Assembly (NCBI GenBank): GCA_963765205.1
Contig: CAVXVB010000009.1
Coordinates: forward strand, 1,024,001 to 1,088,000
Reading direction: 5' to 3'
From: an uncultured Verrucomicrobiae bacterium
GTDB lineage: Bacteria; Verrucomicrobiota; Verrucomicrobiia; Opitutales; JABDGR01
Length of the DNA stretch: 64,000 bases
Below the pieces are notes generated by a model. It saw only the letters and a list, made by a program, of their open reading frames with translations. It was not told the origin of the DNA and searched no databases. The translations under genes and the position numbers were made by a program. How positions within the stretch are numbered: the stretch's first letter is position 1; the number at the start of each line of letters is the position of its first letter. Below, one piece after another: positions 8,772-17,912 of the stretch.

Positions 8772-9385
8772 AAACCCAACTTGCTCAGCCTCACCCAAGT
8801 CAACGAACGACCCAGACCGTCCGCGCATCGTCACGCAAAAAGCACGGCCCTGCTGCGGCGCGGAAGGCGAACGGAGACCAATTTAAAGCCGACTTCCGCG
8901 CTTGGCGGTCGACGCTCCCGGCTGGCATGGAACGCGAAACGTTCCTCATGCCGTGGGCAATCGCCGAATCTGTCTGCGCCGAAGTTTCACGCTTTTTCGA
9001 TCTCGAATTGCCCGCTCGTTACACCGGTTGGCTGGAAGCGAAGGCGCTGCATTGTTACGATGGCAATCCCCATTTCCACAAACTTATGCATCGCGGCGGC
9101 AATCGTTCAATAGACCTGCTTTATGCATTCATGCGGCACTGGCTGACGAGTTTTCTGCATTTGGAACGTCCAGATTTATTCCGTTGTCTACCGGTTGATT
9201 TTGGCAACGGCCTACGTTTGCCAGACGGCCTGCATCCGCACCTCAATCGGATGGGTGGCGGGCCGGGTTTTATCCCGAGGCCACTCCCATGGGATGCCTC
9301 GCGGGTGACACGGCACGAACGCTGGGCATGGCTGAAAGGGGTTGTAATTCCCGACGGTCCCGCATTCTCCCACCCGCACGGTTGA
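8768..9385 (+). CDS. Hypothetical protein translationally coupled to the RM gene
   Basis: ATGA start/stop overlap at 8768-8771; 205 aa; no family recognised. Confidence 0.65.
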   Translation: MKTQLAQPHPSQRTTQTVRASSRKKHGPAAARKANGDQFKADFRAWRSTLPAGMERETFLMPWAIAESVCAEVSRFFDLELPARYTGWLEAKALHCYDGNPHFHKLMHRGGNRSIDLLYAFMRHWLTSFLHLERPDLFRCLPVDFGNGLRLPDGLHPHLNRMGGGPGFIPRPLPWDASRVTRHERWAWLKGVVIPDGPAFSHPHG

Positions 9386-9428
9386 CCGCGTGTTGCCTTG
9401 CCGCCACTGTTTTTCCCCACCCCACCCC

Positions 9429-10250
9429 ATGCCTGCCGCTGTTGAAACCGCTTTGCGTTGCTGCCCATTGTGCAGTTCGGACAACCGCGCCCAGCCGGCC
9501 AGCCCTTATAGCCAGGCGCCGTGGGAGTTGAAGACTTGCGCGGGGTGCGGGTTTGTTTACCTGGAAAATCCGCCGGGGTATGTGGCGCTGGAGGAGAATT
9601 TCGCGTGGGAAAAAACTTCAGCGGCCGAAGAGGCCCGGCGCGATGCCGACGGCCGCTGGCCAAGCGCCTCAGCCGCGCGTTCCGCCATTTCCGCCAGCGC
9701 GTGCTCAAGCGCGACAAGCTGACGGCGCTGCTGTTCCGCGAGTTGCCGAGCGGGAAGGTGCTCGATATCGGGTGCGGGGGCGGCGGGGTCATCAGCCGGC
9801 TGCCGGCCGGCCGTTACGAGCCGCACGGCATCGAAATCTCCCGCGCGCTGGCCGCGCAGGCAAACGCGCTCGCGCGGGCGCGGGGCGGTCGCGTGGTGCA
9901 GGCCAACGCCATCGCCGGGCTGGCCCAGTTGGCGCCGGAGTCGCTCGATGCCGCGCTGCTGAGCGGCTTCCTCGAACATGAGACGCAGCCGGCGCTCCTG
10001 CTGCGTGAGCTGCGGCGCGTCTTGCGCGCGGGCGCCCCGGTCATTGTCAAGGTACCCGAATTACGGGTGCGTCACCCGTGTCGTGCGCGGGGCCAAATGG
10101 TGCGGCTTCCGCCATCCCGACCACGTCAATTATTTCACGCCGCGCAGCCTCGCGCGGCTGGCGGGCGACTGCGGTTTCCGCGTCGCCCGCTGCACGCTGG
10201 GCGACCGCTGGCCCCTGTCGGACAACCTCTGGGCCGTGCTGCGGAAATAA
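9429..10250 (+). CDS. Class I SAM-dependent methyltransferase with Zn-ribbon N-terminus (two apparent frameshifts, ~9646 and ~10057)
   Basis: CPLC...CAGCGFVY in one frame; VLDIGCGGG, GIEIS and FLEH in the next; VPNY..FRHPDHVNYFTP after the second shift. Confidence 0.8.
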
Positions 10251-10299
10251 AGATTCAGAGTTGCGCGCGGCACGCCGCCGGATTGAATGGTCTTTTCCC

Positions 10300-12426
10300 T
10301 TGTTCAAAGTTTACCAACCCTTTTTTAAGTATCTGCGTCCGCACCGAAGGGCGCTGATCCTGGCGACCCTCTGCGGCATCGTCGCGGGTTCCAGCAGCGG
10401 CATCGGCCTGCCCCTGCTCTTCAACAATGTGCTGGGCCGGGCCTTTGGCGCCAATGCAAACAGCGCCGCGCCGGTGGAAATCATGCTCGCCGACCAGGGC
10501 AAGGCGTTGCCAACGCCGCCCAGTTTGCCCACGATCAGCGAGGAGCAGGCCTTCAATGTCGGCACGCGCCTGTCCGGGCCATTGCTGGCGATTCCCGGCG
10601 TGGACAGCGTGAGCGTCATTCAGGAACCACCGCCCCCGGAACCGCCCTCGAGCTGGTTGCACCGCTTTTTGGCCAAGCTCGGCCGCCCATCCACCCCGGC
10701 CCCATCCTCCGGCAACTTCGCGCTGGAAATCAAATTCGACAGCCAGGCCGACGAGGACCAGGCGAATGTCTCCGATAGTATAAAAAAAACAATCGGCAAC
10801 GAAAACGTCCCGGTTGTCGTGACCGCTCTGCACGCCGGGCTGGGTGAGGTGATTTTGCTGGCCGCGCTCGTGCCCTTGATGTTCCTGGTGCGCGCGGCCT
10901 TCGGCTACGCGAGCGGCCTGTTGTCCACGCGCGTCGCCGTCGAATTCTCGCGCAGCATCCAGCAGGATGTCTTCGACCATTTGCAGGCGATGCCGATGGC
11001 GTTTTTTGACACACACCAGCGCGGCGACCTGCAAATGCGCCTCAACCGCGACACGATGCTCGTGCAATGGTCCATCCTCGACACCGCGCCCGATTTGCTG
11101 CGCCAGCCCTTCCAAGCCGTCTTCGCCCTCTCGGCCATCATCTGGCTTTCGATCGTCAACCACGAGATCGGCTTTGTCGTCGCCTTCCTCATTGTCGCGC
11201 CGGTGTGCCTGCTGCCCGTGCGCATCCTCGGGCGCAAGCTCCGCCGCCGCTCGCGCGAATGGACGGAGCATTCCTCGACCATCGCGCAGCACATCTGGGA
11301 AAATTTCAACGGCATCCATGAAATCCGCTCCTTCAGCCTCGAGGAGGCGCAGAAGCGCGGCTTCGAGGAGAAATTGCGCGCGATGCTCCACTCGCAATTC
11401 AAAATCAAAAAATACCTCCTGCTCCAGCAGCCGAGCATGGAGACGGTGGTCGCGCTGCTCATCAGCGGCATCTTCGTTTACGCCTGGGCGCGCGGGATTT
11501 CGTTCGCCACCTTCACGGCCTTTGGCATGGCGCTCTATTTCGCCTTCGACCCGATCAAGCGCATCGGCCAGATCCTCAATACCCTCCACCAGGCCAAGCC
11601 CAACCTCCAGCGCCTCCAGGATTTTTTTGCGATCCAGCCCGACATCCAGGACCCGCCCCATCCGAAGGTGCTCGACCGCGTGCGCGGCGAAATCACTTTC
11701 GACCACGTCGTCTTCGCCTACGGCGAAACGCCCGTGCTGCACGATGTGACGGTGACGATTCCCGCCGGCTGCAACTGCGCGCTCGTCGGCCACAGCGGCG
11801 CGGGCAAAAGCACCTTCGCCAAACTCATCCCGCGCTTTTACGAAGTGCGCCAGGGCCGCGTCACGCTCGATGGCGTGGACGTGCGTGACGTGCGCCAGGT
11901 GGACTTGCGCCGACACGTTGCGGTTGTGTCGCAACACCCGGTGCTCTTTGATTTGTCGCTCCTGGAAAACATCCGCCTCGGCCGCCCCGGCGCGAGCGAA
12001 GCGGAGGTGATCGAGGCCGCCCGGCGCGCCTATGCCGACAGTTTCATCCGTGGCTTTGCCGACGGTTACCAGACCCTCGCCGGCGACCGCGGCGACCGGC
12101 TCTCCGGCGGCCAAAAGCAGCGCCTCGCCCTGGCGCGCGCCTTTTTGAAGAACGCCCCCGTGCTCCTCCTCGACGAAGCCACGTCGGCCCTCGACATCGA
12201 AAGCGAAAAAGCCATCCAGACCGCGCTGGCCGACCTGATGCAAGGCCGCACCGTGATCTCCATTGCTCACCGCCTCAGCACCATTCGCAGCGCGAAATTG
12301 ATTCTCGTCTTTGACCAGGGCCGCCTCGCCGCGCAAGGCTCCCACGCCGAGTTGATGCAAACCAGCCCCCTCTACCAAAACCTCGTGCAGCAGCAAACCC
12401 TCGGCGGCGAAATTCTCCCGGCCTGA
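10300..12426 (+). CDS. ABC exporter, fused permease/ATPase (MsbA-like), with a large periplasmic insertion
   Basis: TM helices; GHSGAGKST Walker A, LSGGQKQR signature, LLLDEATSALD Walker B, IAHRLST; TTG start inferred. Confidence 0.92.
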   Translation: MFKVYQPFFKYLRPHRRALILATLCGIVAGSSSGIGLPLLFNNVLGRAFGANANSAAPVEIMLADQGKALPTPPSLPTISEEQAFNVGTRLSGPLLAIPGVDSVSVIQEPPPPEPPSSWLHRFLAKLGRPSTPAPSSGNFALEIKFDSQADEDQANVSDSIKKTIGNENVPVVVTALHAGLGEVILLAALVPLMFLVRAAFGYASGLLSTRVAVEFSRSIQQDVFDHLQAMPMAFFDTHQRGDLQMRLNRDTMLVQWSILDTAPDLLRQPFQAVFALSAIIWLSIVNHEIGFVVAFLIVAPVCLLPVRILGRKLRRRSREWTEHSSTIAQHIWENFNGIHEIRSFSLEEAQKRGFEEKLRAMLHSQFKIKKYLLLQQPSMETVVALLISGIFVYAWARGISFATFTAFGMALYFAFDPIKRIGQILNTLHQAKPNLQRLQDFFAIQPDIQDPPHPKVLDRVRGEITFDHVVFAYGETPVLHDVTVTIPAGCNCALVGHSGAGKSTFAKLIPRFYEVRQGRVTLDGVDVRDVRQVDLRRHVAVVSQHPVLFDLSLLENIRLGRPGASEAEVIEAARRAYADSFIRGFADGYQTLAGDRGDRLSGGQKQRLALARAFLKNAPVLLLDEATSALDIESEKAIQTALADLMQGRTVISIAHRLSTIRSAKLILVFDQGRLAAQGSHAELMQTSPLYQNLVQQQTLGGEILPA

Positions 12427-12459
12427 AATTCTTAACGACGCGCGCGATGGTTTTGAAAG

Positions 12460-12534
<75 letters not shown>

Positions 12535-12593
12535 GCGGTTGGAACCGCCACTCCGCCATCACCCCAGCCGAAGCCGGCGACGGCGGAAGGTTC

Positions 12594-12623
12594 AGCATAA
12601 AAAACCCCGCCCGCCCTTGGCAA
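12594..12623 (-). promoter_or_regulatory. Putative sigma70 promoter of tRNA-Lys
   Basis: TTGCCA-N18-TATGCT on the minus strand ~60 nt upstream of the tRNA. Confidence 0.45.
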
Positions 12624-12650
12624 GCGGAAAGCGGCCTGCCTGCTGGTTGT

Positions 12651-12716
12651 TGCTCTGTAGAAAACTGCATTTCCTCGATGCCTGACAGGGGACCTTCGGG
12701 TGTTTTCTACGGAGCA
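12651..12716. mobile_element. MITE-like element, copy 1
   Basis: Terminal inverted repeats TGCTCTGTAGAAAAC / GTTTTCTACGGAGCA; interior similar to the copy at 46820. Confidence 0.7.
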
Positions 12717-12834
12717 AAATCGAGTAATAACTGTCCACGCTTCGAATCGGTCGAGAATCTCTGGCAAACCAATGCTTGCCGAGTCACGTATAAATCGGAA
12801 AGCTTAACCACAGTTCTGACCTTAAACTCCATTT

Positions 12835-13587
12835 ATGTCATCGTGGAAAAATAAATTCGCTGTTATCACGGTCTTATTTTTGACGTTAACGTCTCTGGCT
12901 GACGTGACGACGGAGGCAGCCCACACTGTTGACCTGCGCCAAGACAATAATCTGAAAGCATTTTTTGATGGAGGTTTAAGGCCATGGCGTTTGCCCGGCT
13001 TGGAAAATTACACTTGCGTCCTAATGAACGAAGATTTTCGAATTCTTTTGCCCGGCAATACAAGCGTTCGTTTGCAGCCTGAAATGGTACAGATTTCCGT
13101 ACTGGCGAAAAACGAAATCGATAGGATAGATATTACATATCACACAAAGCCTCGATTAGAAGCTGACAAAGATATGAAGCAAATATGCCACGATTTACAA
13201 CTCCCCACAGATGGATCAAATAATATTACTGGCAGGGATCGAGATGGTGATTGGGGTGCGATCAAAGTAATCAATGATCGCCTATCTGTTCATGTTGGAC
13301 TTCAAACTGCACCAACTTTAACCGTCAACAATGCCATGCTCTGGGTGGTCATCGAATGGAAATATCCAGATGCATCAATGAAGTTTTTGACTGGGCCAAT
13401 TCAACCGCCACCTGGCTACGAAAATGTTTCCATGGATGAACCTGCGCGTGTTTCGCGACTACCAATTCCTTTGAGCAGGATTGTGTTGGTTGAAGTATTA
13501 CTAGGATTCCTGGCAATTCTTTTGGGCGGCGTGATTATCTACGCGCGCAGTAAAAAAAAATTTGAGCACACCGACAAGCTTGTATAA
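12835..13587 (+). CDS. Hypothetical exported protein with C-terminal membrane anchor (low GC)
   Basis: Signal peptide MSSWKNKFAVITVLFLTLTSLA; C-terminal TM helix followed by a basic tail. Confidence 0.75.
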   Translation: MSSWKNKFAVITVLFLTLTSLADVTTEAAHTVDLRQDNNLKAFFDGGLRPWRLPGLENYTCVLMNEDFRILLPGNTSVRLQPEMVQISVLAKNEIDRIDITYHTKPRLEADKDMKQICHDLQLPTDGSNNITGRDRDGDWGAIKVINDRLSVHVGLQTAPTLTVNNAMLWVVIEWKYPDASMKFLTGPIQPPPGYENVSMDEPARVSRLPIPLSRIVLVEVLLGFLAILLGGVIIYARSKKKFEHTDKLV

Positions 13588-13707
13588 AATAGGTCTGAGC
13601 GCTAATCTTGTCAGCAACACATCTAGACGCTTACATTACCCAACGCACAAGCAACCGTCTCGATTTGGCGGCATTGGACCGCAGTCTCCACTACCAACTT
13701 CCTGAAC

Positions 13708-14142
13708 ATGAAAACCACCCTTCAATTCCTGGCTCTCGCGGCCAGCTCCTTGATTGTAGCCGGCTGTGTGGCCAACCCGCCGCAGCCCGCCGCCCATGCG
13801 GGTGCGCCGCTCGTTTATTTTGAAGTCGCGGGGCCGGATGGCCCGCGGCTCAAGGATTTTTATACCACCGTGTTCGGCTGGAATATTGATGCCAATTCCA
13901 CCATCGCCGCCGCGTCCACCGGCGGCCTCCGGGGCGGCATCCGGCAAGACCCGCCGGAAAAGATTTTCTATATCGGCGTGCCGGATGTCACGGCGGCGTT
14001 GAAGCAGATCGAGGCCGCGGGCGGGCACATGGTCACCCCGCGCACGGTGGTGCCCGGCGTTGTCACCTTTGCGCTCTTCACCGACCCCGCCGGTAATCGC
14101 CTCGGTCTGGCGGAATTCGGCAGCTACCCCGCCAATCCTTAG
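13708..14142 (+). CDS. VOC/glyoxalase family protein, putative lipoprotein
   Basis: VAGC lipobox; YFEV..D...DFY..VFGW and FTDPAGNRLGL motifs. Confidence 0.85.
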   Translation: MKTTLQFLALAASSLIVAGCVANPPQPAAHAGAPLVYFEVAGPDGPRLKDFYTTVFGWNIDANSTIAAASTGGLRGGIRQDPPEKIFYIGVPDVTAALKQIEAAGGHMVTPRTVVPGVVTFALFTDPAGNRLGLAEFGSYPANP

Positions 14143-14218
14143 CTTAAACCTGCGGCTTTAAAGCCACTTTTTGCCATCTGGGCAATGAACACAGGTTGAC
14201 TTTGAGCGCGGACCGCTT

Positions 14219-14557
14219 CTACGGGCTGGTCGCCACCGGCGGCGCGGGCTGGGTCGGGTCGGCGCCAATGGGTTGGGTCGAATCGGCGGCTTTGGGCGGG
14301 GTCGAATTTGGATTCTTGGGCAACGGCGCATCCGGATTGAACACCTGCACCTGTTGGTGGAACTGGTCCGGCGTCAAATCGCCATTGAGGTAATGCTGGT
14401 CCATGAGCTGCTCGCCCAGGGCGGCATTATCATCGGTGTGTTGCGCATTGTAATAGGCTTCGTTAAAGGCGTCGCAACCCGCCAGCCACAGCGACACGGC
14501 GAGCAACGCGACCGCCCACCGCCGGCGGCCTTGCGTTGTTGAAAATGAATTGTTCAT
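14219..14557 (-). CDS. Hypothetical lipoprotein
   Basis: LAGC lipobox after a hydrophobic stretch; Pro-rich tail. Confidence 0.7.
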   Translation of the reverse strand: MNNSFSTTQGRRRWAVALLAVSLWLAGCDAFNEAYYNAQHTDDNAALGEQLMDQHYLNGDLTPDQFHQQVQVFNPDAPLPKNPNSTPPKAADSTQPIGADPTQPAPPVATSP

Positions 14558-14575
14558 AAGAAATAGGATTATAAA

Positions 14576-15403
14576 TCAAGGCAGCCAGGGATAGCGGCGG
14601 AAGTTCGGTGGGCGTTTTTCCAGAAACGCGCGTTGGCCCTCCGCGCCCTCCTCTGTGAGGTAATAGAGCAACGTCGCGTTCCCCGCAAGCTCTTGCAAGC
14701 CCGCCTGGCCGTCCACGTCCGCATTGAAGGCGGACTTGAGACAGCGGATCGCCAGCGGGCTTTTCGCCAGGATTTCCTGCGCCCATTGCACGCCTTCCGC
14801 TTCCAGTTGCGCAACCGGCACGACCTTGTTCACCAAACCCATGTCCCGCGCCTCGGCGGCGTTATATTGGCGGCATAGATACCACAGCTCGCGCGCCTTT
14901 TTCTGCCCGACAATGCGCGCCAGGTAGCTCGCGCCGAATCCGCCGTCAAAACTCCCGACCTTCGGGCCGGTCTGGCCAAAAACCGCGTTGTCCGCCGCAA
15001 TAGTCAGGTCGCAAATCACCTGCAAAACATGCCCGCCGCCGATGGCGTAGCCCGCCACCAGCGCGATGACCACCTTGGGCATCGAGCGGATCAGCCGCTG
15101 CAAATCGAGCACGTTGAGCCGCGGCGTCCCGCGCTTATCCACATACCCCGCCGGGCCGCGCACGCTCTGGTCGCCCCCGGAGCAAAAAGCGTATTGCCCA
15201 TCCGTGTGCGGCCCCGCGCCCGTCAGCAGCACGACGCCGATGGCCGGGTCCTCGCGCGCGTCAATGAAGGCGTCCACCATCTCGAACACCGTCTCGGGCC
15301 GGAACGCATTGCGCTTGTGCGGCCGGTTGATCGTCACTTTGGCGACGCCGTCGCACTTGTGGTAGAGGATATCCTCGTAGTCGCGGACTGTTTGCCAGTT
15401 CAT
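14576..15403 (-). CDS. menB: 1,4-dihydroxy-2-naphthoyl-CoA synthase
   Basis: [45 protein letters not shown]. Confidence 0.97.
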   Translation of the reverse strand: MNWQTVRDYEDILYHKCDGVAKVTINRPHKRNAFRPETVFEMVDAFIDAREDPAIGVVLLTGAGPHTDGQYAFCSGGDQSVRGPAGYVDKRGTPRLNVLDLQRLIRSMPKVVIALVAGYAIGGGHVLQVICDLTIAADNAVFGQTGPKVGSFDGGFGASYLARIVGQKKARELWYLCRQYNAAEARDMGLVNKVVPVAQLEAEGVQWAQEILAKSPLAIRCLKSAFNADVDGQAGLQELAGNATLLYYLTEEGAEGQRAFLEKRPPNFRRYPWLP

Positions 15404-15486
15404 GGAGGAGGGAGGTTTACCGCGAAGACGCAAAGGGCGCAAAGATGTTTTCTATAAAACCATCGAGCCGCGCAAACACAACATTA

Positions 15487-17238
15487 TCATATACCGTTAA
15501 AGTGCTGGGCCATGGCCGCGCGGAACGCCGCGTCGCGCTTGCGGTTCGTGCGCAATTCAATGAGGCGCACGCCGCTTTTGGGCAGCGGCAGCAGCCCGCG
15601 CTCGAATTCCCGCCAATTCTTCGGGCGCTGATAGTCAAAATTATAAAGCGCCGCGAGCTTTTTGAAGTCCACCCCTTGCGGCGTAGCGAAGAAACGTTCG
15701 AAGGGCGGGTCGAATTGCGCGATCGGCAGGTGCTCGAAAATCCCGCCGCCGTCGTTGTTGACGCACACGATGGTCAGGCTCGCCCCCGGCGGCAACTCGC
15801 GTGCCGCCAGCAAACCGTTCTGGTCGTGCAGCAGCGCCAGGTCGCCGGTGTAGAGCACGGTCGGTTTTCCCGTCGCGTGCGCCATGCCCAGCGCCGTCGA
15901 GGCCGTGCCGTCAATCCCGTTCGCGCCGCGGTTAAAATACAAATGCTGTCCGCGGCCCGCCTCCCAGAAAAATTCGCAATCGCGCACCGGCATCGAGCTG
16001 GCCACGAACACCGGCGTCGCCTCCGGCAACTTGCGCGACAACACCCACGCCGCCTTGCCCTCGAAGAGCGGCTCCAGCGCGGCGAAACGCTGCGCCACCG
16101 CGTCGGCCGCCGCGCCCTCCCGCTGCCGCCAGCGCGCCCGGTAAGCCTTATCCGCCGCCGGCGGTTTCGCGTCCGCCGTGCTCAACTGCGCCAGCGACCC
16201 GCGCCAGTAATGCGCCCCGCGATGCAGCGGGTCCACATTGTCCGGCCCGTCGTGGATAATCAGCGTCGGCGCGTGCCACTGTCCCAGCCACGCGCGCAAC
16301 ACCTTGCTCGTCGGGAGCGGCCCCAGTTGGATCACTGCTTCCGGAGGGAGATTCGCCGAATGTTTTGGCGAACGCAAAATTAAATCGTAATGACCGATGA
16401 TTTGCGACGCCAGCTCAGGCGCATGGCGCAGCGGACTGAGCGCGTCCGCCAGAATCGGCCAGCCGCGCCGCTTTGCACACCCCGCGAGTTGTTTGACATA
16501 CCTTTCGCGGTCCGCCGGTTGCGCCGGCCCGGCGATAATAACCCCCGCTTTCGCAGACAACACCTCTCTCGCCGCGGAGGAAAAACCCGCCGCCGTCCCT
16601 TCGCCTTGCCCCACCTCCTGCTCCACCCCGCTCAATATGCTTTGCAAATCCACCCGCGCCGGCGCGGTGAAACCCGCCTGCGCCACCGGCGCCAATGGTT
16701 CACGAAACGGAAAATTCAAATGCACCGGCCCCGGCCAAGGCTGATGCGCGCGCGCCCACGCCTGCACCAGCGTCTGCCGCAAATACCGTAAAAGCTCGAG
16801 CCGGTTCTCCGGCAGCGCGACCTCATGCTGCCAGCGCGGGTAGTGGCCGTAAATTTTCGTCTGGTCAATCGCCTGCCCCGCCGCGCAATCGCGCAATTCC
16901 GGCGGCCGGTCAGCCGTGAGCACCAATAAAGGAACCCCGCCCAAGCTCGCCTCGATCACCGCCGGGAAGAAATTCGCCGCTGCCGTGCCCGACGTGCAAA
17001 CCAGCGCCACCGCGCGCCCCGACGCCCGCGCCAGCCCCAGCGCGTAAAACGCCGCCGACCGCTCATCCAGCACGGAAATCGCCGCCCACCCCTCCTGCCG
17101 CGCCAGCCCCCACACCAGTGGCGCCGACCGCGACCCCGGCGCAATCACCGCGTGCCGCACCCCCAGGCGCGACAATGTCCCAGCCACAATTTCCCCCCAA
17201 AGGCAGTTAACGTTCGGGATGGACGAGATGGTAAGCAT
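15487..17238 (-). CDS. menD: SEPHCHC synthase (ThDP-dependent)
   Basis: PGSRSAPL, DERSAAF, CTSGTA, TADRP, SSMPVRD, NRGANGIDG, GDLALLHD, NNDGGGIF. Confidence 0.96.
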   Translation of the reverse strand: MLTISSIPNVNCLWGEIVAGTLSRLGVRHAVIAPGSRSAPLVWGLARQEGWAAISVLDERSAAFYALGLARASGRAVALVCTSGTAAANFFPAVIEASLGGVPLLVLTADRPPELRDCAAGQAIDQTKIYGHYPRWQHEVALPENRLELLRYLRQTLVQAWARAHQPWPGPVHLNFPFREPLAPVAQAGFTAPARVDLQSILSGVEQEVGQGEGTAAGFSSAAREVLSAKAGVIIAGPAQPADRERYVKQLAGCAKRRGWPILADALSPLRHAPELASQIIGHYDLILRSPKHSANLPPEAVIQLGPLPTSKVLRAWLGQWHAPTLIIHDGPDNVDPLHRGAHYWRGSLAQLSTADAKPPAADKAYRARWRQREGAAADAVAQRFAALEPLFEGKAAWVLSRKLPEATPVFVASSMPVRDCEFFWEAGRGQHLYFNRGANGIDGTASTALGMAHATGKPTVLYTGDLALLHDQNGLLAARELPPGASLTIVCVNNDGGGIFEHLPIAQFDPPFERFFATPQGVDFKKLAALYNFDYQRPKNWREFERGLLPLPKSGVRLIELRTNRKRDAAFRAAMAQHFNGI

Positions 17239-17380
17239 GGGGTATCTGCAAATATAGGTCACATTTAGGCCGAATAAGCAAAGAAATTTATATCGGGAGG
17301 GGTTGCCGGTTTCAGGTTGGAAGTTACAGGTTGGAATACCCAGTCTGAATTCTTTTGGGACTTGAGGATGCAAGGTTTTC

Positions 17381-17534
17381 GTCCCGGAGAGCGCGGGTGT
17401 CCCGCCCGCCGTCCTCGGTGTCCCGCCGAGGACATCTTCGCAATTCGGAGATGCGTCCAGCTTTGCCGGTTTATGCCGAAAGCGGTCGGCGAGACGCCGA
17501 CCGCAGCGACCGGGACGGTCGCGCTCCCCGGGAC
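17381..17534. repeat. REPIN-like nested palindromic element
   Basis: Outer inverted repeat GTCCCGGAGAGCGCG / CGCGCTCCCCGGGAC enclosing four GC-rich hairpins (17393-17409, 17411-17433, 17482-17504, 17506-17522). Confidence 0.7.
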
Positions 17535-17912
17535 TGAAGAAATGCGCCGATTGCGCCTATACCCTCCATGGCAATATCGTTTAAATTCATTTGATAAATA
17601 GTATTACAAGGCACCACCCTCCTTTTTGTTGCGACGAAACCCGCCGTGCCAAACAAAATCACTTCCGCCCTGCACCTTGATCAAAAACTTCGGCCGTTTT
17701 TTCAAAATCTTAGGTAATGAGGTAAAGCCTGACCCCATCTTGGCCCAGGACGCCGCCCATTGGTTTGCCCACTGCGGCTATAGTTTTATCTAAAACGCTC
17801 TAGCGTAAGAATCTTATTCGGTGGTGTATTCATGCAACGGTCAACGTATAGGTCCAAGCCCTGACGTCGACCGCCTCATGTCATCTTGCTTGGCCTCTCC
17901 TATTTTGGCCCC

